DNA of 64,000 nt, from sequence record OQ708376.1. One strand, given 5' to 3'. The notes below the pieces were generated by a model. It searched no databases and was not told the DNA's origin. It saw nothing but the letters and a program-made list of their open reading frames with translations. The position numbers were made by a program, and so were the translations under genes. Of this stretch, positions 19,621 through 34,061 are shown piece by piece (positions within the stretch are counted from its first letter, which is position 1; each line of letters opens with the position of its first letter). The stretch comes from Escherichia phage vB_EcoM_CRJP21.

Positions 19621-19917
19621 ATGAGTAATATATATAAGCGTATTGGTGAAGTATTAGAAGGTAATGGTATCATTAATTCTGTACTAGCATATGATAATGA
19701 TGAAGAAGTAGTTCTAATTGGTGCGGGTTTTACTCGCACTGGTTCAGTGGAAGTTGACGGAGAGATTGCTGATGTTTACACTCTTGTGAAAAAGCGTAAA
19801 GTTGTTTTTGTCGATGATGTACATACATTAAAAGACTTGAAAAAATTACGCGATAAAATTGGCATGAGTTCTACAATTGATAAGCCTTATCTTCAACGTT
19901 GGAATACAAAATACTGA
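19621..19917 (+). CDS. Hypothetical protein
   Basis: 98-aa ORF downstream of polymerase. Confidence 0.4.
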   Translation: MSNIYKRIGEVLEGNGIINSVLAYDNDEEVVLIGAGFTRTGSVEVDGEIADVYTLVKKRKVVFVDDVHTLKDLKKLRDKIGMSSTIDKPYLQRWNTKY

Positions 19918-20018
19918 TAAAAAATTGAGACAAGCATCATTTTTGAGATATAATGGTGCTTGTAGTAATCTTACATAAAAACATTTTTTGATTAACAAAT
20001 AAAACGGAGAATTATATA

Positions 20019-20750
20019 ATGGATCTACGCAACGTACTACGTGACCTCGTAAACACAACCAGTGGTATTGACTTCTCTTGTATTGCAGTAAGCAGTGAAG
20101 ACCGTGGTGAAGGACAACGTGTATATCTAGAAGCGTACACAGATGACCGAACTCTTGTAATGCGAGCATATACTAAAGAAGATGTTCCTGAAGTTCAGGG
20201 TCGTTTTGGCTTAGGTAATCTAGGTCTTCTTCAGGGTCTAATGTCTCTAAAAACATACAGTACCGAAGGAACCACAATCACATCAAATGTTAAAGATGGT
20301 TCAGTTAAAAGTCTGGCATTTAAATCTGAAGATGCAAGCACTACATTTATGGTACAAGCTGAAAAACTTATTCCAGTTCAACCACGTTTTCATGAACAAC
20401 CATATGACGTACAGGTTATTCCTAGTGCAGCAAAAGTTCAGGAACTAAAGAGTTTTTCTGGTGTATTTAAATCTTTTAGTTCTCTTGTAACTCCGTATAC
20501 TGAAGGCGACACCCTATACTTTCACGTTGGTGAGAAAAACAAAAGTAACCACGTTGGTTCTCTAGCTTTTTCTAAAACTGAAGGTGAATTAGGTCTTGGT
20601 TTTGGTTATAATATTGATCGCGTACTTCAAGCATTATCTCGCGTATCTAATGCCGAATCAGTATCACTTGGTATTACTAAAACTGGTATGCTAAATGTAA
20701 CACTAGATACTGGAATTGCAGTATACAAATTTTACGTAACAGGCTGCTAA
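20019..20750 (+). CDS. Sliding clamp (T4 gp45-like)
   Basis: 243 aa; N-terminus L..LVNTTSGIDF resembles T4 gp45 LLKNFATINSGIM; RBS aacggag. Confidence 0.6.
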   Translation: MDLRNVLRDLVNTTSGIDFSCIAVSSEDRGEGQRVYLEAYTDDRTLVMRAYTKEDVPEVQGRFGLGNLGLLQGLMSLKTYSTEGTTITSNVKDGSVKSLAFKSEDASTTFMVQAEKLIPVQPRFHEQPYDVQVIPSAAKVQELKSFSGVFKSFSSLVTPYTEGDTLYFHVGEKNKSNHVGSLAFSKTEGELGLGFGYNIDRVLQALSRVSNAESVSLGITKTGMLNVTLDTGIAVYKFYVTGC

Positions 20751-20760
20751 TATAAATAAC

Positions 20761-20779
20761 GGGGAACACTATGTTCCCC
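20761..20779 (+). repeat. Palindromic hairpin GGGGAACAC-TA-TGTTCCCC (recurs at 63607-63625)
   Basis: Near-identical palindrome after the clamp gene and after the topoisomerase gene; TATAAATA immediately upstream (20751-20758). Confidence 0.5.
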
Positions 20780-20814
20780 AAATTAGTTTGATTTAAAAAG
20801 TAAAGGAATACAAA

Positions 20815-21021
20815 ATGCCATTATATACATATCGTTGTGAAAAAGAAGAATGCAAACATAGCATGGAAAAAATTGTTAAAATTGCAAATCGTGATGAACC
20901 TCATGATTGTCCTAAATGTAATGGTGAAAAAACTATGAAGTTGGAAGTGTTCACTCCAGGTGATAAGGGTGCTAATCTTTATTTCCGTGGAAAATGGTTT
21001 GCAAATACTGGAGGTTACTGA
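20815..21021 (+). CDS. FmdB-family zinc-ribbon protein
   Basis: MPLYTYRCEKEEC...CPKCNG matches the FmdB-type CxxC...CxxC zinc-ribbon N-terminus. Confidence 0.55.
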   Translation: MPLYTYRCEKEECKHSMEKIVKIANRDEPHDCPKCNGEKTMKLEVFTPGDKGANLYFRGKWFANTGGY

Positions 21022-21022
21022 T

Positions 21023-21322
21023 ATGAAAATTAAAATGATTAATGATTACGTTCTTGTTCGACAAATTGAAGCACAGAATAAAAGTACTGGTGGTATTATT
21101 CTAGGTAATGTTGAACCACCATGTATTGGGATGGTAATTTCCGTTGGTCCAGGTAAAATTCTTCCGAACGGACAACTAGCAGAACATAATATTAAAGAAG
21201 GTGATATGGTTGTGTTTGGTCGTTCATCTTTGAACACACCACTGACTGAAGATCTTGGTGGGGGCGAAGATACATATTATGTAATGAAAATCGAAGAGAT
21301 TTTTGGTAAGAAAAATGGCTAA
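21023..21322 (+). CDS. groES: Co-chaperonin GroES homolog (functional analog of T4 gp31)
   Basis: KSTGGIILGN...VISVGPGKILPNG...GDMVVFG aligns with E. coli GroES KSAGGIVLTG...VLAVGNGRILENG...GDIVIF; RBS GGAGG. Confidence 0.85.
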   Translation: MKIKMINDYVLVRQIEAQNKSTGGIILGNVEPPCIGMVISVGPGKILPNGQLAEHNIKEGDMVVFGRSSLNTPLTEDLGGGEDTYYVMKIEEIFGKKNG

Positions 21323-22040
21323 AAAGAAATTTATTCCATTTTGGATGGTCCCTGCTCACTGGGGACTTTCTGGAAAGGCAAAAGAGATAGCTAAAGCATA
21401 CTACTACAATGATGATTATGAAGCTGATATGAAAGTTGCTGAATTGACATATCTAACTCCATATGAAGTTGAAGTGGCCCAATTGGATATTAAAAAGAAA
21501 TATAGCGTAATTGGAGATTTGGAATATCTAATTGCTGTACTTGATGTTGAACTAAAATATTCTAAAATTACTCGTGAACAGTATGATGTTAAAGTTCTTG
21601 ATGCAAAACTAAGTATTGGAGTTATTACAGAAAAAGAATATGATATGGAAATCATTGAGTTAATGCCAGAAGGTGATGAAAAAAGGCTTAAGGCTATTGA
21701 ATTTGCATATCGTTACGATGAAATCACACAAAGTGAATATTCTAAGGAAATATACACACTTCGTAAAGAACCTTGGATTGATTTGGATGTTGTTCTTGAT
21801 CCTGAAACTAATGAAGTTGAGTTTGTATTTGACTATAATGAATATTTCTGGAAAAAGTTGAAAGCTGAAGGTCATCCAGGAAATGATGAAGAAGAAATTA
21901 TCGATAACTTTGTGAGAGACTTGGGGCGTAAACTTGCTACGGATGATTTCAGTGATGATTACGACACAAAGCTGGTGAGTGCGAACGAAGGATTAGACAA
22001 GCTACCTGGTTTGCCTGAAGGATTTCGTTCATATAGATAA
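21303..22040 (+). CDS. Hypothetical protein with short internal repeats
   Basis: Repeated ~13-aa units (ITREQYDVKVLDAKL / ITEKEYDMEIIEL / ITQSEYSKEIYTL). Confidence 0.5.
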   Translation: MVRKMAKKKFIPFWMVPAHWGLSGKAKEIAKAYYYNDDYEADMKVAELTYLTPYEVEVAQLDIKKKYSVIGDLEYLIAVLDVELKYSKITREQYDVKVLDAKLSIGVITEKEYDMEIIELMPEGDEKRLKAIEFAYRYDEITQSEYSKEIYTLRKEPWIDLDVVLDPETNEVEFVFDYNEYFWKKLKAEGHPGNDEEEIIDNFVRDLGRKLATDDFSDDYDTKLVSANEGLDKLPGLPEGFRSYR

Positions 22041-22045
22041 CATAT

Positions 22046-22082
22046 AAAAAAAAAGGAGAGCAAATGCTCTCCTTTTCTTTTG
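22046..22082. terminator. Bidirectional rho-independent terminator
   Basis: A9 - ggagagc-aaat-gctctcc - TTTTCTTTT between convergent genes. Confidence 0.75.
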
Positions 22083-22089
22083 AAAAATA

Positions 22090-22779
22090 TTAAACCAATG
22101 CTGGGATGTATTGGAAAAGTTTAACACCGAAATCACCTGCTGCATCAGCAGATTGGGAACGTAGGTAAACTTCGGTAACACCATCTTTAGCAAGTAGTGG
22201 AACACCAGTTAGATCATCAATTAGTAGACGGCCTTCTTCGGATTCAGTACTTGGTACACCTTGTGGTGATTTAAGATCTTTGTTAAAGACACCAGCACGT
22301 TCAACTAGGAAGGTTACAACGGAAGCATCAGCAATACTAACTGAACCTGCACTCAATACACCATCAGGTGCGTTGGTGAAACCAGTAACTGGAAATACTT
22401 CAAGACCATTACCTGCGATGTTAGAGGTAGCGATGATAACCGCACGTTGTTGAACAACATCGACAATACGTTTAACGTTAGTTTGTGCTGCATAAGATGC
22501 ATTGTAATCAGCTTCTAGTGTGCCAAGAACAAATGCAGTTCCATCAATACGTTTGATACCTTTATCATTTAGATATGCTAGAATTTCTTCTGGAATATCA
22601 GTGTTTAGAAAACGTTGTAGACCAGCATAAGAAGAAACTGCACCAGTAACTAGAACGTTTACGTTTCCTAGCTTACTGATAGCAATGGATGCTAGGGCGT
22701 TAGTGCCACAAAAGTAACCTAGAATACGTTCAAAGGAATAACCATTGATACGTTCAAAAGAAGTATTAGTATATGACAT
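22090..22779 (-). CDS. Hypothetical protein, paralog of adjacent gene (likely virion structural)
   Basis: Shares QQRAV(L/I)...T(F)(I/L)xERxxVFNK core with the 22794-23393 product; RBS aggagg. Confidence 0.55.
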   Translation of the reverse strand: MSYTNTSFERINGYSFERILGYFCGTNALASIAISKLGNVNVLVTGAVSSYAGLQRFLNTDIPEEILAYLNDKGIKRIDGTAFVLGTLEADYNASYAAQTNVKRIVDVVQQRAVIIATSNIAGNGLEVFPVTGFTNAPDGVLSAGSVSIADASVVTFLVERAGVFNKDLKSPQGVPSTESEEGRLLIDDLTGVPLLAKDGVTEVYLRSQSADAAGDFGVKLFQYIPALV

Positions 22780-22793
22780 AATCTATCCTCCTA

Positions 22794-23393
22794 TTATAGT
22801 TGAACAGGAAGAGCAGCACGTACTTTAATTGCTACAGCAGTAGATGCACCTGCATCACCAACACCATCAGTACCTTGACTTACGAAAGTTTTGGTACGGA
22901 AAACTTTAGCTTGAGCGATAGACTTAGCTAGGTCAACAGTTGGATCAACTGGAGCAGGACATGCTGAACCAGGACGAACTTCTTGCTTGTTAAATACGTC
23001 TTGACGTTCACAGATGAAAGTCAATGCAACAGAATTAGCACCACCTGCTACATCAGCACCACTAGTGCCGAACGCAACTACGTTTGGATTAGCATTTTTG
23101 AAATCAGCAGGAATAACAACTTCTGAATCAAGAGCTAGTAGAGAGGTAGTCACTAGAACTGCACGTTGTTGTAGTAGTTGGGTAACCATGAATAGGTTAT
23201 ATTGAGCATTACTTAGAGCAGTTTGATACGCTTCAGCTTGAACATCAGAACCGTCAGAAGTAACTTTGGTAGTACCTAGTTCAACATCAGTTGGTAGATC
23301 GATTACGATGGTAACGAAACCGTTATTACCACCCCACCATTCGCGAGCAACGCTAGACATACCATAGTTACGGTTAAAAGAATTAAGACTCAT
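22794..23393 (-). CDS. Hypothetical protein, paralog of adjacent gene (likely virion structural)
   Basis: Tandem paralog of the 22090-22779 product; RBS aaggag; upstream palindrome gcaggtatatcctgc. Confidence 0.55.
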   Translation of the reverse strand: MSLNSFNRNYGMSSVAREWWGGNNGFVTIVIDLPTDVELGTTKVTSDGSDVQAEAYQTALSNAQYNLFMVTQLLQQRAVLVTTSLLALDSEVVIPADFKNANPNVVAFGTSGADVAGGANSVALTFICERQDVFNKQEVRPGSACPAPVDPTVDLAKSIAQAKVFRTKTFVSQGTDGVGDAGASTAVAIKVRAALPVQL

Positions 23394-23534
23394 GAAAATC
23401 TCCTTGTCAAATTTTGTGCAGGTATATCCTGCTTAAAGTTATTTATCAAAAAATATCACTAGCATTTAAATTTACTGAGATATTTAATGAATTTCTATGA
23501 TATTATTTATCAAATCTGGGAAAGTGATTCAAGA

Positions 23535-23545
23535 TGTGCTATAAT
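23535..23545 (+). promoter_or_regulatory. Extended -10 promoter TGTGCTATAAT
   Basis: Exact 11-mer upstream of FEN/RNase H gene. Confidence 0.5.
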
Positions 23546-23554
23546 TATTAATGA

Positions 23555-28812
<5,258 letters not shown>

Positions 28813-28840
28813 TTAAAAAATATGGGACAGTATAAAAACC

Positions 28841-28851
28841 TGTGCTATAAT
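28841..28851 (+). promoter_or_regulatory. Extended -10 promoter TGTGCTATAAT (second TGnTATAAT at 28768-28776)
   Basis: Exact 11-mer about 90 nt upstream of SSB gene. Confidence 0.5.
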
Positions 28852-28938
28852 GTAAAACGTTGAAGGAACAATGAAGTTTCTGAAACATTGAAGCCAATTA
28901 ACAAATAACAAAGAAACCCAAAATCAAGGAAGATATAT

Positions 28939-29991
28939 ATGAAATCTCTAGCTGAAATTCGTGCACACCTAAAAGCAGAACAAGAAAAAGCAGAAGCTCA
29001 AAAGAATGGTACATTTACTGGCGAGCGTAAAGCTGATTCGTTCTTAGCTTTCTGGAACGTACCTTATAACGAACCACTAAACCTACGTTTTCTACCAGAT
29101 GCAGATGAGTCTAACCCATTCTTCTGGCGTGAACGTGACATGATTAACCTAACTTTCAATGGTGTAGTCGGTATGCACACTGATAAAGTTACCGTTCAAG
29201 TACCTTGTAACGAAATGTGGGTTCCTAAATCCTGTCCGGTTCTGAAAGAAGTACGTCAATGGTTCCAAAGTGCGAATGAAACAGGGAACGAAGAACTAAA
29301 AGCAATGGCTGGTCGTTACTGGAAGAAGAAAACCTATCTAATGCAATGTTTTATTGCTCCTGATAGCGTTGCAGTAAAAGACGACATTGCACCAGAAAAT
29401 CCAATTCGTCGTATTCTGGCTAACAAAGATATCTTTGATAAAGTTAAATCCATCCTGCTAAACCCAGGCATCAAAGAGTCTCCAACTCACTACGTTCAAG
29501 GTCGTGATTTTGGTATTGTTAAAACTAAGAATGGTGGTGGTTATAATAGCTACGACATGTCTCAATTCTCCATGTCTGAGCGTCCACTAAACGAAGAAGA
29601 ACTAGCAGCAATTGAAAAATATGGCCTATACAATCTAAATGATTTTATGCCAAAACAACCAACTCCAGAAGAGTTGAAAGCAATTGAAGAAATGTTCGAA
29701 GCATCAGTAAATGGTGAAGCATATGATCCAGCACGTTGGGCATTTGCATATCGTCCAGCAGGTGTACCAAAACCTAACTCTGGAACTGTTACTGAATCAA
29801 AACCAACTCCTGCTCCAGTACAACAAGAGTCAGAACCTGCACCAGTAGCACCTACTGCTCCAGTTACACCAGCCCCACAAGCTGCTCCAGTAACTCCAGT
29901 CGCTACCCCAGCAGCAACCACTCCTGAAGCACCAAAAGAACAACTATCTGCATCTGCACTAGTTGCTCGTTTGAAACAACAAGGTAAGTAA
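28939..29991 (+). CDS. Single-stranded DNA-binding protein (T4 gp32-like) with Pro/Ala/Thr-rich C-terminal tail
   Basis: LNLRFLPDADESNPFF resembles gp32 AVIRFLPSKNDEQAPF; His/Cys cluster HTDKVTVQVPCNEMWVPKSCP; located upstream of uvsX. Confidence 0.6.
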   Translation: MKSLAEIRAHLKAEQEKAEAQKNGTFTGERKADSFLAFWNVPYNEPLNLRFLPDADESNPFFWRERDMINLTFNGVVGMHTDKVTVQVPCNEMWVPKSCPVLKEVRQWFQSANETGNEELKAMAGRYWKKKTYLMQCFIAPDSVAVKDDIAPENPIRRILANKDIFDKVKSILLNPGIKESPTHYVQGRDFGIVKTKNGGGYNSYDMSQFSMSERPLNEEELAAIEKYGLYNLNDFMPKQPTPEELKAIEEMFEASVNGEAYDPARWAFAYRPAGVPKPNSGTVTESKPTPAPVQQESEPAPVAPTAPVTPAPQAAPVTPVATPAATTPEAPKEQLSASALVARLKQQGK

Positions 29992-30009
29992 TAGTTTTTG
30001 AAAAGTTAA

Positions 30010-30037
30010 GGGGCAACGGAGTTTGCCCCGTTTTATT
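30010..30037 (+). terminator. Rho-independent terminator
   Basis: ggggcaa-cggag-tttgcccc followed by GTTTTATTT. Confidence 0.75.
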
Positions 30038-30060
30038 TCATAAAATTCAAGGAGCGAATT

Positions 30061-31179
30061 ATGAAAATGACAAGTGGTTTTGCGAACATTCTTAAAAACA
30101 GTACTGGTAGTGTTAAAAAGAATACTGGTGTTAGTGTTGGTTTTCATGATCCAGATACATGGGTTAGTACTGGTAACTACGCACTAAATTATCGCATCAG
30201 TGGCTATTTTGACCGTGGTATCCCACTAGGCAAAGTAACTATGTTTGCTGGTGAATCAGGTAGTGGTAAATCTTTTATCGTATCTGGTAATATTGCACGT
30301 GAAGCTCAAAAACAAGGCATCTTTGTTGTTATGATTGACTCAGAGAACGCATTGGATTCAGATTGGCTTCAAGCACTTGGTGTTGACACTTCTGAAGAAA
30401 AACTTTTGAAAGTCAATATGGGTATGATTGGTGACGTTGCAAAATTCACCTATGAGTTCATTGAAGGATATCGTAAAGAATACGAAAATACACCTAAAGA
30501 TGAACGTCAAAAAGTATTGTTTATTATTGATTCAATTGGTATGCTAAACACTGAAGTAGCCAATGATCAAATGAAAGCGGGTAACCTTAAAGGTGACATG
30601 GGTCATAAACCCAAACAGCTTAAAGCATATATCACAAACTGTGTAAACTCTATTGGTTCATTGAACATTGGTATGGTTTGCGTTAACCACAGTTATGAAT
30701 CTCAGGACATGTTTAACCCAGATCCTAAAGTTTCAGGTGGTAGTGGTTTGATTTATGCTTCATCTATGGTTATCGCAATGGGTAAATTAAAACTTAAAGA
30801 AGATGAAGACGGAAATAAAACTTCCGAAGTAAATGGTATTCGTGCTAAATGTAAAGTCATGAAGACTCGTTACAACAAGCCGTTTGAAGATGTAGAAATT
30901 AAAATTCCTTGGGATAAAGGTATGGACCCACGTAGTGGTCTACTAGATATGTTTGAAAAATACGGTCTAATCACTAAATCAGGTAACCGTCTATTGTATG
31001 TTGATATTGTAACTGGCGAACAGATTCTAAAATATCGCAAAGAGTGGATGCGTAATGAAGATTCATGTCTTGATTTGGTAATGCATCAATTTAAAAATCA
31101 TCCTTTGATTGAAGAAGTTAAAGAAGAAGAAAAAGGTGATGAAACTTTTGGTACTGATGTGGATATTAGTGAGGAATAA
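30061..31179 (+). CDS. uvsX: RecA-like recombinase UvsX
   Basis: Walker A GESGSGKS; MDPRSGLLDM matches T4 UvsX IDPYSGLLDM; CVNHSYESQDMF matches AINHTYETQEMF. Confidence 0.9.
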   Translation: MKMTSGFANILKNSTGSVKKNTGVSVGFHDPDTWVSTGNYALNYRISGYFDRGIPLGKVTMFAGESGSGKSFIVSGNIAREAQKQGIFVVMIDSENALDSDWLQALGVDTSEEKLLKVNMGMIGDVAKFTYEFIEGYRKEYENTPKDERQKVLFIIDSIGMLNTEVANDQMKAGNLKGDMGHKPKQLKAYITNCVNSIGSLNIGMVCVNHSYESQDMFNPDPKVSGGSGLIYASSMVIAMGKLKLKEDEDGNKTSEVNGIRAKCKVMKTRYNKPFEDVEIKIPWDKGMDPRSGLLDMFEKYGLITKSGNRLLYVDIVTGEQILKYRKEWMRNEDSCLDLVMHQFKNHPLIEEVKEEEKGDETFGTDVDISEE

Positions 31180-31640
31180 TGAAACCTTGGCATTGGATTA
31201 TCAAAGATGATAAATCTAAAATTATTGAAATGATTGAGTTCTTTAACAAAGAAGTTGAAGAAGCTCGTCGTGAAGTAAAGAAGATTGGCATCATTGAAAA
31301 AATTGCTCAAGAGATTCCTGGCTGGCATGAGACGCGTCTAAGCCAGCTTCAAGAACTTGAAGCAGTATTGGAAATGTTAGAAATTGAAATGCGTCAGGTA
31401 CAAGCCGAGAAGTTCAAATACTTTCTCGAAGGATACCGCCGTGCACTATCTTCATCTGACTGTAAAAAGTATGTTGAAGGTGATAAAGATGTTTGTGAGT
31501 TAGCAGAACTTATAAACGAGGTATCTTATATAAGAAATACATATTCAAGTATTGTTAAATCCTTAGAGATGAAAGCTTTTCAGTTAAACAATATTGTGAG
31601 ACTACGTGCCGCTGGTATTGAGGATGCACGTTTAGAATAA
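31179..31640 (+). CDS. Hypothetical protein, possible recombination mediator UvsY-like
   Basis: 153 aa directly downstream of uvsX; weak C-terminal resemblance to T4 UvsY. Confidence 0.35.
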   Translation: MKPWHWIIKDDKSKIIEMIEFFNKEVEEARREVKKIGIIEKIAQEIPGWHETRLSQLQELEAVLEMLEIEMRQVQAEKFKYFLEGYRRALSSSDCKKYVEGDKDVCELAELINEVSYIRNTYSSIVKSLEMKAFQLNNIVRLRAAGIEDARLE

Positions 31641-31650
31641 TTATCATTAA

Positions 31651-31674
31651 GGACGCATATCGCGTCCTTTTTCT
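31651..31674 (+). terminator. Rho-independent terminator
   Basis: ggacgc-atatc-gcgtcc followed by TTTTTC. Confidence 0.7.
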
Positions 31675-31687
31675 ATGCGAGAATAAA

Positions 31688-32506
31688 ATGACAAAATTAA
31701 ATGAGTTTTTATCAAATGTAGCAGTTCTAGATACTGAAACTACTGGGGTTGAGAGTGAAGATGATATTATTGAATTTAGTATCTCGTATCCACATACTTC
31801 ACATGAAAACATTGATACTATTGATAACTATACATTGAGATACAAACCCTTGAAAGATATTCCACCAGAGGCATCTGCTGTACACTTTATCAGTACTGAG
31901 GATGTAGCTAATTGTGTTGGGTATAAAGATGATTTAGATAACATTGATGCACTTATGGGATGCCGTAAGTATTTTGTTGGTCATAATGTACAATTTGACC
32001 GTAGAATGATGGTAGATAACGAATATAAATATCGTAACTCAATTTCACAGTACTTACTTGATGAAAATAAATGGATTTGTACCCTTCGTCTTGCTAAGAA
32101 AATGTTCGCAGAAGATATTGAATTTAAAAACTTAACTCTAAGTTATTTGTGGTATAAGTTTGGATGTTATCGTGATGTTCATCGACCTGTTAATGCACAC
32201 GCAGCAAAAGACGATGTGTTCATGTGTTATCAGGTTCTAATCAAATTAGTTGAAATTGCAATCGAACGTGGACATATTGAACCTAATGGTGATATTGGTG
32301 AGCAAATTGTAACTTTCTGCAACACACCAATGCGTTATCAATTCATGCCATTTGGTAAACACAAAGGTGAGCCAATGAGTACAGTTCCATTGAATTACAT
32401 TGAATGGATGATTACTAATAGTGACATTTTAGATGCAAGTAACCCTAACTGTGATAAAGATTTAGTATATACATTTGAGTACGAATATAATACTCGAACT
32501 AATTAA
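31688..32506 (+). CDS. DEDDh 3'-5' exonuclease (DnaQ/DexA-like) with C-terminal DUF3820-like motif
   Basis: Exo I VLDTETTG; Exo II VGHNVQFDRRMM; Exo III HRPVNAHAAKDD; C-terminal FGKHKGEPMSTVPLNYIEWM. Confidence 0.75.
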   Translation: MTKLNEFLSNVAVLDTETTGVESEDDIIEFSISYPHTSHENIDTIDNYTLRYKPLKDIPPEASAVHFISTEDVANCVGYKDDLDNIDALMGCRKYFVGHNVQFDRRMMVDNEYKYRNSISQYLLDENKWICTLRLAKKMFAEDIEFKNLTLSYLWYKFGCYRDVHRPVNAHAAKDDVFMCYQVLIKLVEIAIERGHIEPNGDIGEQIVTFCNTPMRYQFMPFGKHKGEPMSTVPLNYIEWMITNSDILDASNPNCDKDLVYTFEYEYNTRTN

Positions 32507-32521
32507 TAAAGGTAATCATGG

Positions 32522-34006
32522 ATGAAAACTTGTAAGTTAACCTTATTGGATGAGGTGAATTGTAAATTTGAGGGACTTGATCCCTCAATTAGACAAAAGA
32601 TGATTCGTGCAACTGAATATGTGTTGCCATATGCAAAGTTCACACCAGCAGGACGTATTGGACGTTGGGATGGTAAAGTTCAGTTTATGAATTTAGGCGG
32701 GACAACTTATTATCATATGTTAGATAAGTTATTGCCTATTCTTGATGAAGCTAAGATTGACATTGAATTAGTAGATCATAGGGTAGATTATGGATTTAAA
32801 TTTGACCCTATTGATGAAGATATTTTTAGTGATGTTGTATTCGGTGCAGGACACCACATGGAAGGTAAATCCATAAAACTGCGTGAACATCAAGTTAATG
32901 CGGTTAATGCATGTTTGGCTAATCCACACGGACTACTATTGGCAGCTACTGGTGCAGGTAAAACTCTCATTACTGCTGCATTGTCAAAGAAAGTGCAAGA
33001 GTATGGACGTTCTGTTATAATAGTACCAAGTACTGATTTAGTACAACAAACATATGATGACTATATTATGTGTGGCTTGGACACTGGTATGTTCTATGGT
33101 TCACAAAAAGATTTCGGTCACCAACATACAATCACGACTTGGCAATCTTTTAACTCTCTTTGGAAGAAAACCAAAAAAGGTGAAATAGAATTAACAGAAC
33201 AAGACGTGAATGATTTTATCGATGGAGTAGTTTGTGTTATCGTTGATGAGTGTCAAGGTGCAGGCGGTGACGCATTAGTTCAAGTACTTTCTAAAGTTAT
33301 GAATAACGTACCATTACGTTGGGGTCTTACTGGAACAATTCCTAAAGATCCGGTAGTTGCCGCGAAAATCAAATGTAATGTTGGTGATGTTATATTTAAA
33401 ATAACTGCAAAGGAATTACAAGATAAACAAATACTAAGTACATGTAATGTGAATTGCATCAAACTAAAAAGTAGTATGAAGTTTGCATCATATGCTGAAG
33501 AGTTGAAATACTTAGTAACTGACAGAGATAGGATGGCATATGTAGCGTCATTGATATCTGCGTTATCTGAATCAGGAAACACTTTAGTTTTAGTAGATAG
33601 ACTTGAAGCAGGTGAGTTGCTATGTGAATTTTTAGGCATTCCCAAATCAGAATTCGTTCGTGGAGAAACTAAAAAGAAAGATCGAGAATCATCTTATGGT
33701 GAAATTCGTTGGGCTGATAATAAAATACTTATTGCGACATACGGCGTTGCCAGTACTGGTATTAGTATTTCAAGGTTATATAATGTAGTATTGATTGAGC
33801 CAGGAAAAAGTTTTGTAAGAACTATACAGTCAATTGGACGTGGATTACGCCGAGCAGAAGATAAAGATCACGTAGAAATATATGATATTAGTGGTTCTAA
33901 TAAGTATAGTGCAAAGCATTTACGAGAACGTTTAGCTTACTATAAGGAAGCACAATATCCTCATAGTATTATAGATGTTAAAGATTGGGAAAACACAGCG
34001 GGATAA
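32522..34006 (+). CDS. uvsW: SF2 DNA/RNA helicase UvsW
   Basis: Motif I ATGAGKT; motif II VDECQ; LIATYGVASTGISI...IQSIGRGLR matches T4 UvsW VASYGVFSTGISV...LQTIGRVLR; N-terminal WDGK. Confidence 0.85.
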   Translation: MKTCKLTLLDEVNCKFEGLDPSIRQKMIRATEYVLPYAKFTPAGRIGRWDGKVQFMNLGGTTYYHMLDKLLPILDEAKIDIELVDHRVDYGFKFDPIDEDIFSDVVFGAGHHMEGKSIKLREHQVNAVNACLANPHGLLLAATGAGKTLITAALSKKVQEYGRSVIIVPSTDLVQQTYDDYIMCGLDTGMFYGSQKDFGHQHTITTWQSFNSLWKKTKKGEIELTEQDVNDFIDGVVCVIVDECQGAGGDALVQVLSKVMNNVPLRWGLTGTIPKDPVVAAKIKCNVGDVIFKITAKELQDKQILSTCNVNCIKLKSSMKFASYAEELKYLVTDRDRMAYVASLISALSESGNTLVLVDRLEAGELLCEFLGIPKSEFVRGETKKKDRESSYGEIRWADNKILIATYGVASTGISISRLYNVVLIEPGKSFVRTIQSIGRGLRRAEDKDHVEIYDISGSNKYSAKHLRERLAYYKEAQYPHSIIDVKDWENTAG

Positions 34007-34028
34007 ACCCGCTGTTTGTGATATAATG
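34002..34028 (+). promoter_or_regulatory. Hairpin followed by extended -10 promoter variant TGTGATATAAT
   Basis: Hairpin cagcggg-ataaa-cccgctg then TGTGATATAAT at 34018-34028. Confidence 0.45.
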
Positions 34029-34061
34029 TGTCATATGACAACAACAAGGACGTAAAATAAA

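Noticed and set aside
20758-20785. Canonical terminator call after the clamp gene
   Set aside because: The GC-rich hairpin is not followed by a T-run on the + strand; annotated as a repeat/palindrome rather than a confident terminator.
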